From assembly GCA_019057795.1 (NCBI GenBank), contig JAHLWS010000080.1, forward strand, positions 32,001 to 96,000: a stretch of DNA of 64,000 nt. Reading direction: 5' to 3'. Under the pieces are notes generated by a model. That model ran no database searches. It worked only from the letters and a program-made list of their open reading frames with translations, and was not told the DNA's origin. The translations under genes were made by a program, and so were the position numbers. Numbering within the stretch: the first letter of the stretch is position 1; each line of letters opens with the position of its first letter. Below are positions 57,139 to 64,000 of the stretch, in pieces. This DNA comes from Promethearchaeota archaeon. GTDB lineage: Archaea > Asgardarchaeota > Lokiarchaeia > Sigyniarchaeales > SOKP01.

Positions 57139-58980
57139 GTGAAACGCAATGGAGAGAAAGTTTTAAAAAAAGTTGAAAACATATTCGAATACTATTGTCG
57201 AATCTCAGGTTTCGATATTTATAATAAGTTTTATCGTCCAACAAGATTAGTAGCTTATAGGATTTCCGAGGAATTGAGGAAATTAGGCGTGATTGACAGT
57301 TGCCATTTATCTGAAGTAGATAATCTAGTCAAAGATCATCTAAATGAAATTTTTGATTTTGAAAGCATCTTTAATAAAGGAAAGCAACAAGTTAATTGGA
57401 TCCCAGATTCAGACACAATATCGGATTTTGTAAAAACAATATTAAAAGCCTCGCAAATGAAACTAGAATTAGTGAATCCGATTCAATCTGCTCGAATCTA
57501 TAATATCTTATCAACAAACATTGAAAATATTCAAAAGGATTATTTGGATTTTCTTATTAACGCTAAAGATGGATTAGGGCTGCTTAAAGATTATCCCATT
57601 TCTCCCCGTAGGGTTTTGGTTCATGACATTATTATCTCTTTAGCTAAATACGAATTTTTTGCTCAAATCTTAAAAAGAGACTATCCTCTAAAATTAATTT
57701 CAATATTATTGTTTGGTCATAAAAGTCCTTTAAAAACATTTCTCGTTCAAGAAAATAGACCGTACCCTAACAAAATTTTATCTTTATATCTCCCATTTAC
57801 AACGGATATAATAACAAAATTTGATAAACTTGATTTAACAATTACTTTCAAGCAAATGAAAAGCCTTCAAGAAGATATTTATGAAGATATTAAATCTTGG
57901 ATTTTCTCTAATCCTTACAATGATGACCTCTATGTTAATGAAAATCCAATAAGAGGTTTTAAACCAATTAAGAAAGGCGAGCTATTTCCTGAATATGATT
58001 TTGTAGTAGCAGTATGGTTAATGAATGCAATTCATCAAAATAAAAAGGACCTATTATTTTCTGAATTAAAAGGATATCGCCCAAGCATATTTAAAAAGCT
58101 TTTGAGAAACTCCGATCCGCTACCTGAGAACGCATGGAGAACTCTTATGCATGGTATGTTGGACATCTACGAAATGGATTCTTCTCTTTATCCTGAAAAA
58201 ACCGTCATCTATCGTAAATGTATCAAGGAGTCGGTAAAATACGCTAAGCTCAGAGGATTCAGCTTTTTCAACCCGAAAAGACCGGATTATCATAAGTATT
58301 TATTTAATGAAGAATACGTCGTTGCTTACAATGTAATTATGGAATTAGCAATGTTTCATGGTATTGATCCAGTTGACTTTACAATGCTAAAGGATGAGAC
58401 TTTTAGTAAAGAATATCAGGTCGGGAAGGATAAGTTTGCTCGCCACGAGCCTTTTGGATATTCGCTTTCTCCGTTCAGCCAAGTCCTTACCACATTTAGA
58501 CAAAATGTTGGAATATATAAAACTTTAACCAAACCTCAACAAAGAGTTGCTATTAATTTATTTAAACAATTAATGCTATTCGAAAAGCACGATGCTGGAG
58601 GTAATTTATTAGATATTGACCATACAGACATTATGAGAATTTACGGAGAGCAAAATTCATGGATATACAAACGATGGGGTAAGGGAATATGGCACGATGA
58701 TCCAAAATTCATAAATACTCTAAATAAACTGAATCATTTAAGACGAGAAATACGGCAGAAATCATTAGATCAATATTTAAAAGATAATTGGAAAGTAGCA
58801 TATAATCGATTTTGGGTGAACAATATTGCGAGCGGTAAGAGCAGGTGCGATTTGTACTATCTAATATACGAATTAGAAGGATTGGGCGACGATAATTTAG
58901 TACAAGACATCTTATCCATCGACTTCGGTCAACTTTTCGGCAATCTTTTATCTGACCACGGTTATCCGGTAAGGCTATAA
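57139..58980 (+). CDS. Large orphan protein (613 aa), possibly nucleic-acid acting
   Basis: Long ORF, no family recognised; GIDPVDF...FARH segment. Confidence 0.75.
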   Translation: MKRNGEKVLKKVENIFEYYCRISGFDIYNKFYRPTRLVAYRISEELRKLGVIDSCHLSEVDNLVKDHLNEIFDFESIFNKGKQQVNWIPDSDTISDFVKTILKASQMKLELVNPIQSARIYNILSTNIENIQKDYLDFLINAKDGLGLLKDYPISPRRVLVHDIIISLAKYEFFAQILKRDYPLKLISILLFGHKSPLKTFLVQENRPYPNKILSLYLPFTTDIITKFDKLDLTITFKQMKSLQEDIYEDIKSWIFSNPYNDDLYVNENPIRGFKPIKKGELFPEYDFVVAVWLMNAIHQNKKDLLFSELKGYRPSIFKKLLRNSDPLPENAWRTLMHGMLDIYEMDSSLYPEKTVIYRKCIKESVKYAKLRGFSFFNPKRPDYHKYLFNEEYVVAYNVIMELAMFHGIDPVDFTMLKDETFSKEYQVGKDKFARHEPFGYSLSPFSQVLTTFRQNVGIYKTLTKPQQRVAINLFKQLMLFEKHDAGGNLLDIDHTDIMRIYGEQNSWIYKRWGKGIWHDDPKFINTLNKLNHLRREIRQKSLDQYLKDNWKVAYNRFWVNNIASGKSRCDLYYLIYELEGLGDDNLVQDILSIDFGQLFGNLLSDHGYPVRL

Positions 58981-59029
58981 ATCCCTACTCCCATAATATT
59001 TAAATAAGCACATTTCTTTATTGAGGATA

Positions 59030-59437
59030 ATGAAAAAGAAAAAAACTATTATTATCAAGGACCCCCATCTGCGAAAAATTCGGGATAATTTAAGAGTAGT
59101 GATAGACCGTGCAGTAAATAATGAAGTATCGAGGTTTTGGAATTTAATGATGCAGATCGATCGAAGCACGGATGAGGGGCGCGATCAATACTTTGCGCTT
59201 ATGCACCAGAGGGACGCCCTCGAGATGATGGAGAGTAGTTCGACAATCCAGTGCGCCGCATGCAACTTCGGTATCGACAGAGATGTGCGATTTAATCCTT
59301 TTGACAAGGCATGGTACTGTATTGAATGTTACGACCTTATACGAGACCAATATTATAAGACGATGGCTAAAAAGAAAAAGGGCGAATTTATTGGCACCGA
59401 TTATAACGAAGAATATGCCCGGAGCTTCACTGATTAA
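59030..59437 (+). CDS. Hypothetical zinc-finger protein
   Basis: CAAC...WYCIEC; visibly more GC-rich than flanks. Confidence 0.75.
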   Translation: MKKKKTIIIKDPHLRKIRDNLRVVIDRAVNNEVSRFWNLMMQIDRSTDEGRDQYFALMHQRDALEMMESSSTIQCAACNFGIDRDVRFNPFDKAWYCIECYDLIRDQYYKTMAKKKKGEFIGTDYNEEYARSFTD

Positions 59438-59537
59438 CCACTTTTTTCATATCTAGCCTTTTTTTGAATTTCGCAAAATACATGCAAAATAACTGTCTAA
59501 ATCTCTATAATTATTTATTATTTCTATAATTTTTTTT

Positions 59538-59616
59538 TGGATAATTATTCAAAACGCTTAAATACTCTCTTTGATATTTAATAAATAGTAATGAACAGAT
59601 AATGAATGATTATCCA
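59538..59616. promoter_or_regulatory. Two copies of the palindromic operator upstream of DUF5320
   Basis: TGGATAATTATTCA (59538-59551), TGAATGATTATCCA (59603-59616). Confidence 0.55.
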
Positions 59617-59681
59617 AAATAGCATTCAAAATCTGAATTTAAAAATATTAAAAACCAATAAAAAAGAGATGATGTTAAAAA

Positions 59682-60083
59682 ATGCCCGGTGGAGATAGAA
59701 CTGGACCTAGAGGTTTTGGTTCAATGACAGGAAGAGGTTTAGGATATTGTGCGGGATATAACAGTCCTGGCTATGCAAGTGGCGTAGGTTTAGGTTATGG
59801 TCGCGGTTATGGCCGAGGGATGGGTTGGGGTGCTGGACGCGGAAGAGGTTTTGGTAGAGGATACGGTAGAGGATACGAGATGGGATACGGATATGGAGGT
59901 CCTATTAATCCTCCTTATGTAGTTCCTGCACCAGTTTATGCGCCAATGGCCCCTTTAAGCGCTGGAGATCAAGCAACAATGTTAAAACAAGAAAAAGATT
60001 TCTTAGAATCTGAGCTTAAAGGTATAGGTGCCGCGATTGAGGATATCTCTAAAAGAATTGAAGAACTAGAGAAAAAAGAATAA
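59682..60083 (+). CDS. DUF5320 family Gly/Arg-rich protein
   Basis: MPGGDRTGP.G.GSMTGRGLGYC, GRG repeats, C-terminal coiled coil. Confidence 0.93.
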   Translation: MPGGDRTGPRGFGSMTGRGLGYCAGYNSPGYASGVGLGYGRGYGRGMGWGAGRGRGFGRGYGRGYEMGYGYGGPINPPYVVPAPVYAPMAPLSAGDQATMLKQEKDFLESELKGIGAAIEDISKRIEELEKKE

Positions 60084-60148
60084 TTTTTTTTTTCATTTTT
60101 ATATTAATTAAAACTTTAAAAGTTCAAATTTGATTATGGATAAGTGCT

Positions 60149-60544
60149 ATGTCGTTAATTAAAGATACTTACGAAGATTATCTCAAAGCAATTTACATCG
60201 TATCGAAGAAAAACAAAGGTGGATGGGTTTCTAATTCAGAGATATCTAACTTTTTAAAAGTTAAGCCCGCTTCTGTATCAAACATGTTGTTTAAATTGCA
60301 AACTAACAATTTAATAAATTGGCGTCCGAGAAAATCAGTAAGATTAAGTACGAAAGGAAAAGATATAGCAATTAGAACCATTAACAAATATAATCTATGG
60401 AAGAGTTTTTTTATTAATACCTTGGGTGTAAACGATAGTCTTGAACTCGACGAACTTTGTTGTAAAATAGAACATTTCATAACGCCCGAAATTTCAGATG
60501 CTTTAGAAAATTTACTTCTCGAAGAAGTACGAGAAAATCTTTAA
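60149..60544 (+). CDS. DtxR/MntR metal-dependent regulator
   Basis: EDYLKAIY, VKPASVS, CKIEH. Confidence 0.92.
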   Translation: MSLIKDTYEDYLKAIYIVSKKNKGGWVSNSEISNFLKVKPASVSNMLFKLQTNNLINWRPRKSVRLSTKGKDIAIRTINKYNLWKSFFINTLGVNDSLELDELCCKIEHFITPEISDALENLLLEEVRENL

Positions 60545-60580
60545 AAAATAAAATAAAAAAAATAAAAAATTTTAATGTTT

Positions 60581-61906
60581 TTATAATTCTTGGATTGTTT
60601 TTTGTCTTTCTAATTTTTCTTCTGGTGTAAGTTCAACTTCGCCTCTTTTTACGAATAACATCATAATAAACGCTAAAACGAAGAAAATGGCTCCATTAAG
60701 AAGTAGGAATTGAATGCCCAGTAAATCAGTAAGCCCTCCTACGATCATAGGTCCTAAAATTGCTGCCATGTAGCTGAAAAAGTAATAGAGTCCTGTATAT
60801 GTTCCAATTTTCTTTTCAGTAGGAGCTAGTTCCCATACAATTACGATAGAATTAGTATTTATCATTGCCCATCCGATTCCAAGGAAAGCAAGTGGTATTG
60901 CTATTATTGCTAATGGAACTTGGGCGAGCCCCATGGGGAATGCTATGACTAACATAACGATCCAAATTATTACGCCGATTTTAATTGTTGTTCGTCTACC
61001 AATCTTGCCAGGAAGATACGATAGCGGATAAATTGTGAGTAAGAGAGGAATTGTTACTATGAATGGTAAAAATCCAGCAAGTCCTGGTTCGTATCCTAAT
61101 ACTTGTACGCCATAAATTGAAATAAGAGCTACAATTCCTTGGTATCCAATGAACCAACAGAAGATCGCTAATAAAATAAAAAGTGTGCTCTTATCTTCCT
61201 CGCCAGCAATATCCTTTATACTTTCGATCAAGCCAGGAGTCGTTTTTTCTTTTTTGATTTTTTCTCCTTCTTTTGCTTCCATCTCTAAGATTAATTGGTA
61301 ACAGTATGAATCTTTCTCTTTTATACGCCATAATAGTACCAGTAGTGCAATTACCATAATAAATGATATTATAAGAAATAGCATTTGTAATCCAAGTACG
61401 CTAAGTAGGAGACTCATCCCATATCCGATTGCTACACCAAAACCACCCATAAGATTTATTATTGCGTTTCCTTTACTTCTATTTTCGGGCCTTACGAAAT
61501 CTGGCATTATTGAAACCGCTTGAGCTCTATAGAATCCCATGCTTGTACCAAATAAGAACATAAAAATAATCAACGTTAGCAATGATGTTTGTGTAGGAAT
61601 CAAAGAGAAAAACAACGCCCCTAACGGAATACCTATTATCAAATATGGCATTCTTCTTCCGAATTTAGTCCGGGTATTATCGGAGATTGCCCCCATAATA
61701 GGTTGGATAATTACTCCAATCATATTATCTAAAGCCATAAGTAATCCAATAATAAAAAAAGAAGTTAAATATGTCCCTAATAGTAAAGGAATCTGTGCGT
61801 TATAAAGTGCCCATGAGATTTCTGAAGCGAAAAAAGCTAACCCGATGGTTAAGGTTTGGCCAGCATTAAATTTTGATTTTTTTTCACTTTCTGACATTTT
61901 TTTCAC
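60581..61906 (-). CDS. MFS transporter (GPH/sugar-type)
   Basis: SDNTRTKFGRRMPY, about 12 TM helices. Confidence 0.92.
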   Translation of the reverse strand: MKKMSESEKKSKFNAGQTLTIGLAFFASEISWALYNAQIPLLLGTYLTSFFIIGLLMALDNMIGVIIQPIMGAISDNTRTKFGRRMPYLIIGIPLGALFFSLIPTQTSLLTLIIFMFLFGTSMGFYRAQAVSIMPDFVRPENRSKGNAIINLMGGFGVAIGYGMSLLLSVLGLQMLFLIISFIMVIALLVLLWRIKEKDSYCYQLILEMEAKEGEKIKKEKTTPGLIESIKDIAGEEDKSTLFILLAIFCWFIGYQGIVALISIYGVQVLGYEPGLAGFLPFIVTIPLLLTIYPLSYLPGKIGRRTTIKIGVIIWIVMLVIAFPMGLAQVPLAIIAIPLAFLGIGWAMINTNSIVIVWELAPTEKKIGTYTGLYYFFSYMAAILGPMIVGGLTDLLGIQFLLLNGAIFFVLAFIMMLFVKRGEVELTPEEKLERQKTIQEL

Positions 61907-62048
61907 ATTTTTTTTTTAGATATAGTTAAATGATAATATACTATAAATTTCTTCTTCCATATAAAATTCCTTTTTTTCTCAACTTTATTAAAAGGATTTA
62001 ATTTATTTCTTAATTTTTTCTAATCACAATAGCAAAGGTATTAGTAAA

Positions 62049-62933
62049 ATGCAATTAGAACCTGAATGTGTTGGATGTCTTTTTAATCAAGTATTGAGAG
62101 CATTTCAGTTGTTAAAGCCTGACATCTCCCGAGAAATAGTTCTGGGTACTCAGAAAAAATTAATGGAATATCTTATGAATCTCGATATGGAACAAAATGC
62201 CTCTCCCATATTTGGAAAAACATTATACAAGCTTGTCGCGGAAGCTTTAGACGTAAAAGACCCTTACGCTTCTATTAAAAAAAAATACAATCAATTGGCT
62301 ATGCAATTTTACGACGAGGCTAAAAAGATAGTCGATAAGGCAGAAGATCCTTTGATCGAAGCGATTATTGTTGCTGCTTTGGGAAATACGATCGATCTAG
62401 CTGCTCAGCATAAAATAGATTTCATCAACGATATCAAGAAATTCTCTCCAAAAGATTTAGTAATAAACGACTACGACAAATTCAAACAGGTGCTTCAGAA
62501 AACGAACCATTTACTAATTTTGGGAGATAATTGCGGAGAAATCGTATTTGATAAATTATTAATTGTTACCATTAAAGAATTGTATCCCGATTTAGAGATT
62601 ATTTATTCGGTAAGAGCTGCTCCCACCATTAATGATGTAACGATTGAAGATGCTAAATTTGTTGGTCTTACTGATTTAGTTCACGTGATCGAAGGAAGTG
62701 ATACACCTGGTATCCATATACCAACATCTACCGACGAATTTAAGAAACACTTCTTTTTGAAGGATGGTGTGATTTTATCAAAAGGGCAGGGAAATTTCGA
62801 AAGCTTGTATGGTATGAAAATGCCTGATATAAAAATGTTCTATTTATTAAAAGCTAAATGTTCATTGATGGAAAGAATATTTAAAGTAAAAATAGGAAAT
62901 TTAATTTTCAAAATGAAGACAAATAGCTTTTAA
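62049..62933 (+). CDS. ARMT1/DUF89 damage-control phosphatase
   Basis: ECVGC, GNTID, DNCGE, INDVT, KGQGNFE. Confidence 0.93.
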   Translation: MQLEPECVGCLFNQVLRAFQLLKPDISREIVLGTQKKLMEYLMNLDMEQNASPIFGKTLYKLVAEALDVKDPYASIKKKYNQLAMQFYDEAKKIVDKAEDPLIEAIIVAALGNTIDLAAQHKIDFINDIKKFSPKDLVINDYDKFKQVLQKTNHLLILGDNCGEIVFDKLLIVTIKELYPDLEIIYSVRAAPTINDVTIEDAKFVGLTDLVHVIEGSDTPGIHIPTSTDEFKKHFFLKDGVILSKGQGNFESLYGMKMPDIKMFYLLKAKCSLMERIFKVKIGNLIFKMKTNSF

Positions 62934-63021
62934 GTTTAATTCCTATAGCTATTAAGCTTACTTTTCAATATTTAAGTTGTTATCTAAGAGTAACAAAAAG
63001 TTAAAATTATTAAGAATAAGT

Positions 63022-63528
63022 TTAGTGCGAGCCATTTCTCAGCTTCACTATCGCTTCAGTAAAAAATCCAAAATCTCCAATTTCGGCTTCTGTATCTTCG
63101 TTTTTTATTCTTATAAAATAATCTTCAATTTGGTCATAGAGAATTTTTTTGAAAGATTCGAACTGGTATATTTCAGCGCAATCTTCTATTTTGTCTTTAT
63201 ATATAGCATAGAACATATCTAACACTTTTTCTGATTCTCCTCTAATGTCGTTTTTAACAAATGATTTATCCAGTATAGTTATCATAACTAGATTATATTT
63301 ATTTACTATAATCATGTCAATGGATAAACCTTTAATCGTAATCTCTTCAATTTTTCCCATATTTTCAGCTCCAAAAAGCTGAAGGGCTCCAACAAATGAA
63401 GAGAGCAACATAGGATTAATGTCAGAATCTAAAATGAGATCTAACAAATAAATTCCAGATTCCTTACAAATAATAATACCCTTTAAAAATTTCGAAACCT
63501 CTGATTTAATATCTAAGCTAATGCTCAT
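63022..63528 (-). CDS. Longin/roadblock-like domain protein (Asgard type)
   Basis: IICKESGI.L, LLSSFVGAL.LF, KIEEI, F...Y pattern. Confidence 0.7.
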   Translation of the reverse strand: MSISLDIKSEVSKFLKGIIICKESGIYLLDLILDSDINPMLLSSFVGALQLFGAENMGKIEEITIKGLSIDMIIVNKYNLVMITILDKSFVKNDIRGESEKVLDMFYAIYKDKIEDCAEIYQFESFKKILYDQIEDYFIRIKNEDTEAEIGDFGFFTEAIVKLRNGSH

Positions 63529-63757
63529 TTACCCTTAACCTGTAATTATGAAGATTTTTTGTATCTCCATATTTATAATAAAAATATATCATTATTTGTT
63601 TAAATTCTTTAGGTATTTATCAGACTTTATATCATGTGGATATATATTCCCAAATTTCCTAGGACTAATAGGAAATCTTACTTTTTGTCGGATTAATCGC
63701 AATAATTTTAGATTTTTTTAATAAGAACCGATTTTTTATAACCGTTAAATTTAATGA

Positions 63758-63771
63758 TGAATAAATATTCA
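63758..63771. promoter_or_regulatory. Palindromic operator copy upstream of second NifX gene
   Basis: TGAATAAATATTCA; weaker copy at 63637-63650. Confidence 0.5.
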
Positions 63772-63809
63772 GTTGAATTAATAAACATATTTAACATGAG
63801 TGATAAGGA

Positions 63810-64000
63810 ATGAATAAAGTTATTGGAATTCCATCCAATGGACCAGAACTAGTAGATCCAATTTCCGAACACTTCGGACATTGCAATTATTTTGTAGGAA
63901 TAGAGATTGACCAAGATAACAACATAAAAAAGGCATTTTCTTTGCGAAATGACGGACATACGGGATGCATGGAACCCGTTAACAACATGAGAGATAGGCG
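63810..64000 (+). CDS. NifB/NifX family protein (partial, runs off window)
   Basis: MNKVIGIPSNG...ISEHFGHCNYF. Confidence 0.85.
   Translation, partial: MNKVIGIPSNGPELVDPISEHFGHCNYFVGIEIDQDNNIKKAFSLRNDGHTGCMEPVNNMRDR

Noticed and set aside
57600-57630. HEPN RxxxxH motif (RRVLVH) in the 613-aa orphan
   Set aside because: Such a short motif arises by chance and lacks the usual RN context
1342-63222. Numerous short antisense or alternate-frame ORFs in the track (e.g. 1342-1530, 4491-4811, 6779-7078, 9544-9894, 20535-20873, 34712-35116, 53560-53943, 55008-55391)
   Set aside because: They overlap well-supported genes or promoters and have shadow-ORF composition without motifs

Overview
AT-rich (roughly 30% GC by eye) archaeal DNA, most likely Asgard (Lokiarchaeia). 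The evidence is roadblock and longin-like proteins, a HEAT+LRR protein, a vWA-RING protein, 'IPGY-TM-KK' Loki-CTERM-like sorting tails, frequent TTG starts and poly-T terminators. In order, the window holds: (1) a two-module PIN toxin-antitoxin islet bracketed by a 154-bp direct repeat that includes the 3' end of an Lrp gene; (2) a ~10-kb operon, tusA-dsrE-dsrF-dsrH-dsrE2-hdrC-hdrB-hdrA-mvhD-'mvhG'-[FrhB::GltD nested fusion + wHTH]-tusA. This is a methanogen-type bifurcating Hdr linked to a full sulfur-relay set, with no hydrogenase large subunit, and is the strongest candidate for an undescribed system; (3) housekeeping and eukaryote-like genes: a divergent RtcB, MetRS, an Ssl1/TFIIH-p44-like vWA-double-RING protein, a roadblock pair and a 1394-aa surface protein; (4) acyl-CoA metabolism genes, more TA genes and an orphan glycyl radical enzyme; (5) a NifX/NifU/radical SAM/TrmO/DUF5320/DtxR/ARMT1 cluster with a shared palindromic operator, interrupted by a ~4-kb island carrying a strongly structured putative ncRNA next to a 613-aa orphan gene. 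No rRNA, tRNA, CRISPR array, integrase or transposase was recognised. All calls come from reading motifs by eye; no database searches were run.
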